A stretch of 64,000 nt of DNA from contig CBDAFS010000012.1 of the NCBI GenBank assembly GCA_965195285.1, forward strand, positions 70,421-134,420. Direction: 5' to 3'. This document shows positions 9,754 through 19,406 of this stretch, in pieces. A program made the translations under genes and the position numbers. The notes beneath the pieces are model-generated. The model saw nothing but the letters and a program-made list of their open reading frames with translations. It did no database searches and had not been told where the DNA came from. The stretch comes from an uncultured Aminicenantes bacterium. Lineage in GTDB: Bacteria > Acidobacteriota > Aminicenantia > UBA2199. How positions within the stretch are numbered: the first letter of the stretch is position 1; the number at the start of each line of letters is the position of its first letter.

Positions 9754-10631
9754 TTTTGATATTTTTTCTTTCTTCTCAGAAAGAAATTAAACAGGGGTTT
9801 TTCGTAATCTTTTTCCCGGTCAATATTGATGTGATCCACATTGTATTTATTGAAAAGTTCGGTCAGGAAATCACGGTTTCCATTCAAAATGTCCTGGAAT
9901 TTCTGCCTGGTTTTTTTTAAAGAAAAATCCGTAAAAAATTCCTGTCCACTTTCACAATCTTTTAAAATGAATAACCCTTTTTTAGGGGGGACCAATTCCC
10001 TCTGATCCGATATGTTAATCGCAATCAGATCATGTTTCTGGCTGGCAATTTTAAGGGATTTGGTAAAACCGCTGTCAATGAAATCGGATATCAGGAATAT
10101 GATGGCCTTTTTTTTGATCACCTTGTTTAAATACACCAGACCGTTATCAATGGATGTTCCCTTGCCTTCGGGTTTAAATGTCAGGATTTCCCGGATGATT
10201 CGCAGCAGATGGGTTTTTCCCTTTTTGGGAGGGATGTAGCGTTCGATTTGATGGGTGAATATAAGTAAACCGACCTTATCGTTGTTGAGCATGGCCGTAA
10301 AGGAAATAATGGCCGAGATTTCCGCGGCAATTTCTTTTTTGCTCTTGGCTCCGGAAAAGAATCCAAGGGAGGCAGACAGGTCAATGGCCAGGATAACGGT
10401 TAATTCCCTTTCCTCAACGAATTGCTTGATATATAGCTTTCCCATTCTTGAGGACACATTCCAGTCAATAAAGCGGATATCATCCCCGAAGATGTATTCC
10501 CTGACCTCCGAAAACTCCATGCCCCGACCCTTGAAGGCCGAGTGGTATTCACCGGCTAGAGTCTCTTTGGAGGATTTTTTGGAGATGATTTCGATTCTCT
10601 TTATTTTTTTAAAAATTTCAGTTGATATCAT
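9750..10631 (-). CDS. DUF58 domain protein (MoxR-associated, VWA-like)
   Basis: DUF58 signature region VREYIFGDDIRFIDWNVSSR; operon with BatA-like VWA protein. Confidence 0.8.
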   Translation of the reverse strand: MISTEIFKKIKRIEIISKKSSKETLAGEYHSAFKGRGMEFSEVREYIFGDDIRFIDWNVSSRMGKLYIKQFVEERELTVILAIDLSASLGFFSGAKSKKEIAAEISAIISFTAMLNNDKVGLLIFTHQIERYIPPKKGKTHLLRIIREILTFKPEGKGTSIDNGLVYLNKVIKKKAIIFLISDFIDSGFTKSLKIASQKHDLIAINISDQRELVPPKKGLFILKDCESGQEFFTDFSLKKTRQKFQDILNGNRDFLTELFNKYNVDHINIDREKDYEKPLFNFFLRRKKKYQK

Positions 10632-10776
10632 TACCGATTATTGGCCCCGGGCCGTTAGGCCATTATATAAAAAATTTAAAAAAAATTCAATCCGGTTATT
10701 ACTGATTTAAATCCGATTGGATTGGTTTATTTTTCATTTCGGTTGTGTTATAATACCGCTATATAAGGCAGTGGAG

Positions 10777-11487
10777 ATGGAAAATTCAATTGATTATATG
10801 GTCAAATGCTGGCGTTGTATGGCCGAATTTAATGCCATGGAAGCCACTTTCTGCAACCATCCCGGCCCCTCGAAAATTTGTCCCTTTTGCCTGGCCTGTT
10901 TATGCCAAGCCCCTGAGAAATATCAGCAAAAATTTTGGGAAAACAGCCCCCGGGAGTTGCTGAAAGAAAAACTGGTCATGGAGAACAAGGCCAGTATGAA
11001 ACTGGGTGAGATTTTAATCAGGGCCGGGAAGATTACCACGGTTCAATTGAAGGATGCCATCTATAAACAAAAAGTGATCCGCAAGCCTCTGGGAGAAATT
11101 ATTATCATGATGGATTTACTCACACCGGATGAATTGGAATTGTACCTGATTGACCAGAAGCAGATGGACGATATCGAGCTGAAGGACCTTAAAATAAATG
11201 TCGGCCTGGTTGAACGGATCGGGATTGATTTCTGTTCACTTAACCGGGTCATACCCCTGGAGATCTTTACACTGGACAATGTGGAAGTCCTTCGCCTGGC
11301 GGTCACGCCGGGGGTGGATTTGAGCCAGTTGAAAATGAATGAACGGATCAAGGAGTTTACTGTGATTTCCTATAGTGCCAGCCCCGAGGAAATCGACAGT
11401 GTCCTGCGCACCTTCAAAGGAGATGTGGATGATAAGGACATACTGGTACTGGATGATGAGTCGGACCGTAAAACGGATCCCGGCTAA
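10777..11487 (+). CDS. zinc-ribbon + MshEN-like (T2SSE_N) domain protein, predicted cyclic-di-GMP receptor
   Basis: N-terminal 8-Cys cluster (CWRC...CNH...CPFCLACLC); two 24-residue motifs KLGEILIRAGKITTVQLKDAIYKQ and PLGEIIIMMDLLTPDELELYLIDQ separated by 5 residues (KVIRK), matching the MshEN RLGxxLLxxGLLxxxxLxxxLxxQ tandem motif; start uncertain (10717/10777/10795); extended -10 TGTTATAAT at ~10752. Confidence 0.6.
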   Translation: MENSIDYMVKCWRCMAEFNAMEATFCNHPGPSKICPFCLACLCQAPEKYQQKFWENSPRELLKEKLVMENKASMKLGEILIRAGKITTVQLKDAIYKQKVIRKPLGEIIIMMDLLTPDELELYLIDQKQMDDIELKDLKINVGLVERIGIDFCSLNRVIPLEIFTLDNVEVLRLAVTPGVDLSQLKMNERIKEFTVISYSASPEEIDSVLRTFKGDVDDKDILVLDDESDRKTDPG

Positions 11488-13841
11488 TGAAAAACCCGAT
11501 CCAGGAGCCGTTTCAGAATAAAACTCGCCGCTGATTTGGGATTTCCCTCACTCCGGACCGGGGGGCCGATACAGGAGGGACAGCCGCGGCTGCAATTACA
11601 GTTTTCGATACTCTGTAAAACCAGATCCAGAAGTTCCTCTATTTTTTCATACAGGACCTCTGAAAACCCAATGCCATTGGGATAATTGTCATAAATATAA
11701 ATATTGGGCTCGAATTGATAGATTGTTTTTTCAGCTTTTTGAAGGATCATTTTTTTGGCGGTATTGAGGTTGATTTTCGATTTACTGATGTTGTCTTCAA
11801 CGGACACACCGACATCCCGGGGAGCACACATCAGGATAACCGTACTGCTGTGCCTAAGCAGATGGGCAATCCCATAAACCGCTTCCACTTTTTCTTCCGG
11901 TGAAATATCAACAGACCGAATTAATTCTTCCTTGATGGTGATCCAGAAAGCAGTGGTATGCATTTCCTGCTGGGGAAGTTGAAGATCGCCGGCACCGACG
12001 TTTTCATTGGTGAAATATTTTAATTTCTTGAATCCCACCACTTGAGAAAACACATGAACATCACCGTAGGAAAAATGATAGTTGGCCTGGCGGGTATCAT
12101 CAAATAAATCCAGAATGGAAATTTTAGTATGGGTAATGGCATCGGTATAATAGTCCGAGTCGGACTGGCGGACATAGGCTTTCCGGTTTTCGTAGTCAAA
12201 TTCCTCCACAACATACTGTTCCCCTTCCAGGATATAGATGGCTTTGGCATGAAGGGTTTCCAGTGCGGAGGAAAAATCCACTTCGGCAATGACCTTATGT
12301 TCACCGGTGCGGTCCACCACTACAAAGTTGTCCGAGGTGATGCGGTTGATGCTCACCGCATCCGCCGGGTACCCCTCTTCGGTCCAGAACCATTTGTCCT
12401 GTTTTTTAAATAGCACTTTGTTTTCAGCCAGGTAATTCAGGATTTCTTCCAGGTTTTCCCGGCCGAAATATTCGGTTTCAACAAAGGGAAGTTCAAAAGA
12501 GGCGCATTTGATATGTTCGATCAGAATGGTCAGATTATCCGGATTAATCCGGCCTATTTCCGGGGACCTGCCGGTAAAATATTCGGGGTGATTGACGATG
12601 AACTGGTTGACCGGGGAGGATGAGGAAATCAGGATGCCAATGGATTTTGAAGAGCGCCTGCCGGCTCTTCCCATGCGCTGCCAGGTTGAGGATATGGTGC
12701 CCGGATAGGCAGCCAGTATAGCCACATCCAGGGAACCGATATCGATTCCCAGTTCCAGGGCATTGGTGGATACCACGGCCCGGATCTTACCTTCCCGCAG
12801 TCCTTTTTCTATTTCTCGTCGTTTATGGGGGAGATAACCGCCCCGGTATCCCCGGATTTTGCCCCGGTCGGTCAGTCCCTTTTCAAAATCGCTCTTCAGG
12901 TACTTGACCAGGATTTCGGTGATAAGGCGGGTATTGGCAAAAGTGATGACCTGAAGATCATTCTTCAAAATTATGCCGGCAATTAACCGGGTAATTGACA
13001 CATAGGATTTACGGATACCCAGCTGTTTGTTGACTACCGGGGGGTTGAAGAAGACGATGTATTTTTCACCATGGGGGGAACCGCTCTGATCAATCAGAAC
13101 CACTTCCTGCTCGATCAATCCCTGAGCCAGTTCTCTGGGATTGGCAATGGTGGCCGAGGACATGATGAATACAGGATCGGAACCGTAGAACCGACATATC
13201 CGCCTCAGGCGGCGCATGATATTGCTCATATGGGAACCGAAAACCCCGGTATATGAATGGAGTTCATCGATGATGACATATTCAAGGTTTTCGAACAGAT
13301 TGATCCATTTGGTGTGGTGGGGCAGGATACCGGAATGCAGCATATATGGATTGGTGAGGACGATCTGGGCATTTTTGCGGATTGATTTTCGCATGCTTTG
13401 GGGGGTATCACCATCATAAGTGTAAAGTGCCAGTCGGTCTCCGAGTAGCCGGTTTAACTCAAATAACTCCGATAATTGGTCCTGGGACAGGGCCTTGGTG
13501 GGAAATAAATATAGTGATTTAGAGCTGGGTTTGTTATTCAGGGCATTCAGGGTAACGGCATTGTATATCAGGGTTTTTCCAGAGGCCGTGGGAGTAGCGA
13601 CCACCACATGCTTTCGGTTCAGAATTTCATTGATGGCCTGGGTCTGATGGGAGAATAATTGTTTGATTCCTTTCTTTTTATAGACTTCCACTACCTCGGG
13701 ATTCAGATTTTCCGGAAAATCGAAAAACTCACCCGGAAAGGCATCAATCTTGAAAATGCTGGCCTGGCTCAAGAGGTCATTCTTCAGCTTCAGGATATCC
13801 TTCAAGGCCCGTTCGATTTTAATATTTTTATCCTCATCCAT
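11484..13841 (-). CDS. MrfA/YprA-type DEXH-box helicase with C-terminal DUF1998 zinc-binding domain
   Basis: Walker A TPTASGKT, DELH box, SSAT motif III, C-terminal four-Cys cluster CNCSRGCPSC; start set at MDEDKN (13841) because the 13961 N-terminus is hydrophobic low-complexity; alternative starts 13916/13961. Confidence 0.7.
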   Translation of the reverse strand: MDEDKNIKIERALKDILKLKNDLLSQASIFKIDAFPGEFFDFPENLNPEVVEVYKKKGIKQLFSHQTQAINEILNRKHVVVATPTASGKTLIYNAVTLNALNNKPSSKSLYLFPTKALSQDQLSELFELNRLLGDRLALYTYDGDTPQSMRKSIRKNAQIVLTNPYMLHSGILPHHTKWINLFENLEYVIIDELHSYTGVFGSHMSNIMRRLRRICRFYGSDPVFIMSSATIANPRELAQGLIEQEVVLIDQSGSPHGEKYIVFFNPPVVNKQLGIRKSYVSITRLIAGIILKNDLQVITFANTRLITEILVKYLKSDFEKGLTDRGKIRGYRGGYLPHKRREIEKGLREGKIRAVVSTNALELGIDIGSLDVAILAAYPGTISSTWQRMGRAGRRSSKSIGILISSSSPVNQFIVNHPEYFTGRSPEIGRINPDNLTILIEHIKCASFELPFVETEYFGRENLEEILNYLAENKVLFKKQDKWFWTEEGYPADAVSINRITSDNFVVVDRTGEHKVIAEVDFSSALETLHAKAIYILEGEQYVVEEFDYENRKAYVRQSDSDYYTDAITHTKISILDLFDDTRQANYHFSYGDVHVFSQVVGFKKLKYFTNENVGAGDLQLPQQEMHTTAFWITIKEELIRSVDISPEEKVEAVYGIAHLLRHSSTVILMCAPRDVGVSVEDNISKSKINLNTAKKMILQKAEKTIYQFEPNIYIYDNYPNGIGFSEVLYEKIEELLDLVLQSIENCNCSRGCPSCIGPPVRSEGNPKSAASFILKRLLDRVFH

Positions 13842-13998
13842 GCTGCTAAGATAGCATAAAAAAAACCAATAGTAAAATACTGGCTTTAAAAAAACATGTG
13901 ATGATATCTCGCTCATATATATATGACAAAGATGTTGTAATATAATTGACATTTTCAACAATCTATATTACTATTTATATGGATAAGGAGAAATGATT

Positions 13999-16563
13999 AT
14001 GAATCACCAAGCGTTCACACTGAAGTCGAACAGCGTCATTGAGGCCAGTGTCAGCCTGGCCCGTGAATATGGCCAGCAGGAAGTCCATCCCCTCCACCTG
14101 GCCCGTGCGATATTATCGGATTCTGAAAATATGGTTCCGGAAGTGATCAAAAAAATAGGCATAGATGTTTCGCAGATTGGCAACCGGCTGGAAGAAGAGA
14201 TAATTAAAATCCCGGTAGTACAGGGTGCAGATCAGTATGTCGGTAAAAGTTTCAAGGATGTACTTCAGCATTCCGAGAAAATTTCCAAACAATTTAAGGA
14301 TGATTATATATCAACCGAGCACCTTTTCATTGCCATCCTGGAAAAAAAGGGAGAGGCTGCGGATGTATTAAAATCCGAAGGTATCACCGTTGAAAAATTT
14401 TATGAGGCTCTGATGCAGATCCGGGGAACCCAGAAAATCACCGATCAGAATCCCGAGGAAAAAATGCAGGCCCTGAAAAAGTATTCCCGCGACCTGGTTC
14501 AACTGGCCCGGGAGGGCAAATTGGACCCTGTGATCGGCAGGGACGAGGAAATACGCCGGGTCATGCAGGTGCTGGTAAGAAGGAAAAAAAACAACCCGGT
14601 ATTAATCGGGGAAGCGGGTGTGGGAAAAACCGCTATAGTGGAGGGGATCGCCCTGCGTATCGTTCAAAAAGATGTCCCGGAAGTACTGAAAGACAAGCGA
14701 ATTGTGTCCCTGGAAATCGGAAGTCTGCTGGCAGGGGCAAAGTATAGGGGAGAGTTTGAGGATCGGTTAAAAGCGGTTATCAAGGAGGTCACGGAATCGG
14801 ATGGTGAAATCATTCTTTTCATCGATGAACTTCATACTATTGTGGGTGCCGGAGCCGCCGAAGGGGCGGTGGATGCCTCCAATATGCTCAAGCCATCCCT
14901 GGCCAGGGGAGAATTGAGGGCCATCGGTGCTACGACTTTGAATGAATACAAAAAATACATTGAAAAGGATCCGGCCCTTGAGAGGCGGTTCCAACCGGTT
15001 TTTGTAAAGGAACCCTCGGTTGAGGAAACCATTTCCATTTTAAGAGGGTTGAAAGAGAAGTATGAAATACACCACGGTATCAAGGTGACTGATGCGGCCC
15101 TGATCTCGGCAGCCACCCTGTCCAACCGCTATATCAGTGACCGTTTTCTGCCCGATAAAGCCATTGACCTGGTGGATGAAGCCTCTTCCAGGCTTCGAAT
15201 CGAGATGGATTCCCTGCCCGAAGAACTGGATGAACTGGAACGAAAGATCATGCAACTGGAAATTGAGAAACAGGCCCTGAAAAAAGAAAACAGTTCCGAT
15301 GCCAAAGAAAAGTTAAAAATTCTGGTCAATGATCTGGAGGATCTGAAAGTAAAGAGCAGCCATATTAGGGAACACTGGAAACAGGAGAAGACATTGATCG
15401 GTCGCCTGCAGGATTTGAAGGCGGAGATTGACGAACTGAAGAATCAGCAGCAGGATGCCGAGCGTAGGAACGACTATGAGCGTGCCTCCCAGATCCAATA
15501 CGGGGATATTCCGGAGAGAAACAGCCAGATCGATACCGTTCAAAAAGAGCTGAAGAAATTGCAGAAAGAAAAAAAAATATTGACCGAGGAGATTACCGAA
15601 GATGATATTGCCGAAGTGGTTTCCAAGTGGACCGGTATCCCGGTCAGCAAGATGTTGAAGGGGGAAAAGGATAAATTATTGCGAATGGAAGAGGTATTGA
15701 AAAACCGGGTGGTGGGACAGGATGAAGCTGTTGAGGCGGTATCGAGGGTAATCCGGCGTAGCAAGGCCGGGCTGAATGACCCGGGCCGTCCAATTGGCAG
15801 TTTTTTGTTTCTGGGGCCCACCGGGGTAGGCAAGACCGAACTGGCCAAAACCCTGAGTGAATTCATCTTTAACAGTGAAAAGGCCATGATCAGACTGGAT
15901 ATGTCCGAATATATGGAAAAACATTCGGTGGCCAAGCTCATCGGCGCCCCGCCGGGTTATGTGGGATATGAGGAAGGGGGGCAGCTAACCGAGGCAGTCA
16001 AGCGCAGGCCTTATGCCTTGATTCTGCTGGATGAGATCGAAAAAGCTCACCCCGATGTGTTTAATATTCTGCTCCAGATCCTGGAGGACGGACGACTGAC
16101 CGATAGTAAGGGAAAAACCATTAATTTCGCCAATGCCATTGTGATCATGACTTCCAACCTGGGTTCTGAAATTATTCAGAACAAAACCGACTATGAAGCC
16201 ATTAAAAAAGAGTTGGATGAACTGCTGTTTAAATATTTCAAGCCGGAATTTCTCAACCGCATCGATGATATCATCACTTTCAGGCCACTGTCTCCGGAAA
16301 TCATCAAAATAATTGCCCGGATCCAGATCGGATACCTGGCGCGGCAGCTCCAGAATTTAAACATAAAAATAGAGGTGACCGATGCCGCCCTGGACATGAT
16401 TGCCCGGAAGGGATTCAATTCTTCCCTGGGAGCCCGGCCCTTAAGGCGGGTCATTCAGCGGGAAATCCAGGATAAGCTCTCAATCCTGATACTGGAAGGC
16501 AAATTGAAATCCGGTTCCTCAATCAAAGTTGATTATCAAAAGGACCAATTTACCTTTGAATAA
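13999..16563 (+). CDS. clpB: ATP-dependent chaperone ClpB (Hsp100, two AAA+ modules with middle coiled-coil)
   Basis: Clp N-domain, two Walker A ([16 protein letters not shown]), long M-domain coiled coil; AAGGAGA SD 7 nt before second ATG (13999). Confidence 0.9.
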   Translation: MNHQAFTLKSNSVIEASVSLAREYGQQEVHPLHLARAILSDSENMVPEVIKKIGIDVSQIGNRLEEEIIKIPVVQGADQYVGKSFKDVLQHSEKISKQFKDDYISTEHLFIAILEKKGEAADVLKSEGITVEKFYEALMQIRGTQKITDQNPEEKMQALKKYSRDLVQLAREGKLDPVIGRDEEIRRVMQVLVRRKKNNPVLIGEAGVGKTAIVEGIALRIVQKDVPEVLKDKRIVSLEIGSLLAGAKYRGEFEDRLKAVIKEVTESDGEIILFIDELHTIVGAGAAEGAVDASNMLKPSLARGELRAIGATTLNEYKKYIEKDPALERRFQPVFVKEPSVEETISILRGLKEKYEIHHGIKVTDAALISAATLSNRYISDRFLPDKAIDLVDEASSRLRIEMDSLPEELDELERKIMQLEIEKQALKKENSSDAKEKLKILVNDLEDLKVKSSHIREHWKQEKTLIGRLQDLKAEIDELKNQQQDAERRNDYERASQIQYGDIPERNSQIDTVQKELKKLQKEKKILTEEITEDDIAEVVSKWTGIPVSKMLKGEKDKLLRMEEVLKNRVVGQDEAVEAVSRVIRRSKAGLNDPGRPIGSFLFLGPTGVGKTELAKTLSEFIFNSEKAMIRLDMSEYMEKHSVAKLIGAPPGYVGYEEGGQLTEAVKRRPYALILLDEIEKAHPDVFNILLQILEDGRLTDSKGKTINFANAIVIMTSNLGSEIIQNKTDYEAIKKELDELLFKYFKPEFLNRIDDIITFRPLSPEIIKIIARIQIGYLARQLQNLNIKIEVTDAALDMIARKGFNSSLGARPLRRVIQREIQDKLSILILEGKLKSGSSIKVDYQKDQFTFE

Positions 16564-16579
16564 AAAGGGAGTGAAGCTC

Positions 16580-16873
16580 CTATTTTTCCTGGGATTTTAA
16601 TAGAAGTTCGCCGGCTGATATTTTTTTAAACAGGTTAAAATCGATTCTTAGTTCATGTAATTCAGGAGTGCAGACTTCTTTTTGATACAAAAGGTAAAGT
16701 TCCAATTCTTCCGGAATTAACAGCCCCATCATGATCAGAATTTCACCGATTTTTTTCTTGTATACCTGTTGTTTTTCAATGGCCTCGTCCAGGTGGTGTT
16801 CACTGATTTTTTGGACGCTTAACAGGATTTCTCCCAGTCTTTGGTGAGTCTTATTTTCCATAGGCAATTCCAA
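16580..16873 (-). CDS. minimal stand-alone MshEN-like domain protein (predicted c-di-GMP binding)
   Basis: 97 aa; RLGEILLSVQKISEHHLDEAIEKQ and KIGEILIMMGLLIPEELELYLLYQ separated by 5 residues (QVYKK) = tandem MshEN motif; paralog of C-terminal half of 10777..11487 product. Confidence 0.55.
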   Translation of the reverse strand: MELPMENKTHQRLGEILLSVQKISEHHLDEAIEKQQVYKKKIGEILIMMGLLIPEELELYLLYQKEVCTPELHELRIDFNLFKKISAGELLLKSQEK

Positions 16874-17183
16874 CCAGGCCTCCCAGAACCAGGGGGATCA
16901 TGAAGCATAAAGACAGACAGAGACTTCCCTTTCGGGCAATGGCACCCAGAACCGGAAGGGCGGTCATGCTGGTGCTCAGAAAAAATATGGTTATCCCAAG
17001 GGTGACCGTGGATATGATGATGGCTATGAAGGCGGTTTGATGGTTGTTGGCTTTCCTGCTGCCTGAAAACCCGGCCACAAAAGAACCCACAACCGGCAGC
17101 CAGAACAATACAAAAGCAAGGATCCACATCACCAGAACCGTGGGTAATAGATTTGTTTGAGATAATTTAGAAAGCGATGACAT
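16851..17183 (-). CDS. small 3-TM membrane protein, hypothetical; overlaps downstream MshEN-like gene by 23 bp
   Basis: Three predicted TM helices; AAAAGG SD before ATG; translational coupling geometry with 16580..16873. Confidence 0.4.
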   Translation of the reverse strand: MSSLSKLSQTNLLPTVLVMWILAFVLFWLPVVGSFVAGFSGSRKANNHQTAFIAIIISTVTLGITIFFLSTSMTALPVLGAIARKGSLCLSLCFMIPLVLGGLVGIAYGK

Positions 17184-17570
17184 GCTCAGCTATACCTTTT
17201 ATCCGATATAAGCCTTTTCCATCCCTCCCCAGCTGCTCAATATATACAACTGCCTTCCTTTCCATTCCACCTAAAAAAACTGGGTCTTTTATAGACTATT
17301 GTTATTATATCCTAGCAATATTCCTGCCAAATTCATAAAAAGTAGATTGTATTTTATTTTATGCCGGAAAATCCGGAATGTTTCCAAAACGTTGATAACA
17401 GGCTGTTCTGAGTCTAAGATTGCGATCCGATTCAAACCTCGTAATCCGGACCATGACCGGGATGTGTCAGCGGAGCTATTTGGTTGAACGAAGATTATAA
17501 ACTGTCTATAAACTGTATTTACTGAGTTTATAAACAAATGGTTGAAAAAAATGATTTCCTGATATAAAAT

Positions 17571-19397
17571 ATGGTTATGAAATATTTACTATACTACGTG
17601 GATGGGTTCATTAAAAAATTCCCACTTCGAAAAGCCTCATTAACCATCGGAAGGGGAGAAGAGAATGATCTCTGGATGGATGATGATTTCTTGTCCAGAA
17701 AGCATTTGAAGGTCCAGGTTAAAGAAAATCATATCATCATCAATGATTTACATTCGACCAATGGGACCTATGTCAATCATGCCAAAATAAACCAGGCTGA
17801 GATTCAACTGGATGATTCTTTCAGGCTGGGCAGCTTGGAGTTCTATTTGAAAGAAGGATCGGATAAGGAATTTAAGACCGTAGCAGAATTGATTCCGATT
17901 TTCAGTAAAATCAAAAAAGATCATGAAAAGAATTTCAACGGGGAAAAAACCCGTTATATCCAGGACATTTTCCATGAAACCTTGAAGCAGTTTTTACACA
18001 GCGGCTTGAAGAAAAACGATCTGAATGAATTATTGCAGGAACTGTCCTCCTATTTGATCAACCTGAATGTCCCCGGGAGTTTTTATCTGATCTCCCGGGA
18101 GGGAAAGGATTTCAATATACAGATGGCGGTAGATGATAAATCCGAGACACTGGACTGTTTAAAAAGGATAATCAAGAAAAATGTGAAGTTTCTGGTTAAA
18201 AATTTGAGCGGTATCCCGCTACCCAAGAAAATGGGATATTTTAATGCCTATCCGGTGAATGTGGCTACAGAACAAACCGTGTTGATTTATCTGTCCCCGG
18301 GAGAGCATTCGAATCAAAGTAAAAAACTTGAAAAATTTATGATCATTTTGGCCAAAGAACTCTCTCTCCTGATGCAATTGTTGATGGAAAAAAAAGAGTT
18401 GTTCCGGGAGCCTTCGAACACCTTTGAGGAGAAAAAACCCGATTTTAAATATTCGATAGGAATTGTGACCGGAAGTCCCGTCATGAAAGATCTAATCAAG
18501 CAGACTCGAAAAATTGCCAACAGTGATCTCTTCATTTTGATCCAGGGAGAAAGTGGCACTGGCAAAGAGCTATTTGCCAAGTTGATCCATTATTGTTCGA
18601 AAAGAAGACAGCAAAAATTTGTGGCCATCAACTGTGCGGCTATCCCCGATAATTTATTGGAGTCGGAATTGTTTGGATATGAAAAAGGTGCTTTTACCGG
18701 CGCTTTCAAGAATAAACCGGGAAAACTGGAACTGTCTTCCGGAGGGACACTGGTCCTGGATGAAATCGGGAATATGCCTCTGTCCCTGCAGGCAAAGCTA
18801 TTGAGAGCCCTGCAGGAATATGAGTTTTACCGGCTGGGAAGTTCGACTCCCATTAAGGTGGATCTGCGGATTATCTCATTGACCAATTTAGATATAAACC
18901 AGATTTTGGGTGAGCATAAAATTCGGGAAGATCTGTATTACCGCCTGGCCCATCATGTGATTTCCATACCGCCCCTGAGGGAAAGAAAAGAGGACATCTC
19001 CTCCTTGATCACCCATTTTACCCAGGTATACAGTAAAAAAGCCAATAAGGAAATTAAAAGTTTTTCACTGCCCGCCTTTGAGATGTTGAAAAAATATGAC
19101 TGGCCCGGAAATGTCAGGCAACTTGAAAATGAAATCAACCGGCTGGTGAACCTGTGTGATGACGGGGATGTGATCCGCGATGATATGATCTCCGTCACGA
19201 TAAGAACCCGGACCGGTAAAGCCCAGGCCAATGGGTTTTCTTTTTCAGGCCATGAGACAAAAAACGAAAAACAGTGGATTTTAAAGTTACTGGAAAAAAA
19301 CAAATGGAATAAATCAGAAACCGCCCGGGAAATGAATATGACCTACCAGGGACTGCATAAGAAGATGAAGCGGCTGGGGATCAAAAAGAAGAAATAA
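17571..19397 (+). CDS. sigma-54-dependent transcriptional activator with N-terminal FHA domain
   Basis: FHA signature (GRGEENDLWMDD...SRKH...NDLHSTNGTYVN), AAA+ sigma54 module (GESGTGKE, GAFTGA, ESELFGY), C-terminal Fis-type HTH. Confidence 0.8.
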   Translation: MVMKYLLYYVDGFIKKFPLRKASLTIGRGEENDLWMDDDFLSRKHLKVQVKENHIIINDLHSTNGTYVNHAKINQAEIQLDDSFRLGSLEFYLKEGSDKEFKTVAELIPIFSKIKKDHEKNFNGEKTRYIQDIFHETLKQFLHSGLKKNDLNELLQELSSYLINLNVPGSFYLISREGKDFNIQMAVDDKSETLDCLKRIIKKNVKFLVKNLSGIPLPKKMGYFNAYPVNVATEQTVLIYLSPGEHSNQSKKLEKFMIILAKELSLLMQLLMEKKELFREPSNTFEEKKPDFKYSIGIVTGSPVMKDLIKQTRKIANSDLFILIQGESGTGKELFAKLIHYCSKRRQQKFVAINCAAIPDNLLESELFGYEKGAFTGAFKNKPGKLELSSGGTLVLDEIGNMPLSLQAKLLRALQEYEFYRLGSSTPIKVDLRIISLTNLDINQILGEHKIREDLYYRLAHHVISIPPLRERKEDISSLITHFTQVYSKKANKEIKSFSLPAFEMLKKYDWPGNVRQLENEINRLVNLCDDGDVIRDDMISVTIRTRTGKAQANGFSFSGHETKNEKQWILKLLEKNKWNKSETAREMNMTYQGLHKKMKRLGIKKKK

Positions 19398-19406
19398 GCG
19401 GCCGGG

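Noticed and set aside
10717-10776. Upstream ATG (10717) for the zinc-ribbon-MshEN gene
   Set aside because: An extended -10 element (TGTTATAAT) lies inside this stretch and the extra 20 residues are hydrophobic; the more likely start is 10777 (or 10795), but the weak SD leaves it uncertain.
13842-13961. Longer N-terminus for the DUF1998 helicase (ORF-track start 13961)
   Set aside because: Extra 40 residues are hydrophobic low-complexity (FLKPVFYYWFFLCYLSS) atypical for MrfA helicases and would leave no room for the clpB/helicase divergent promoters; internal Met 13841 preferred, though not proven.
16565-16600. clpB intrinsic terminator (GGGAGTGAAGCTCCT + TTTTTCC)
   Set aside because: Stem is only 4-5 bp with a mismatch; too weak to call confidently, although its position right after the clpB stop is suggestive.
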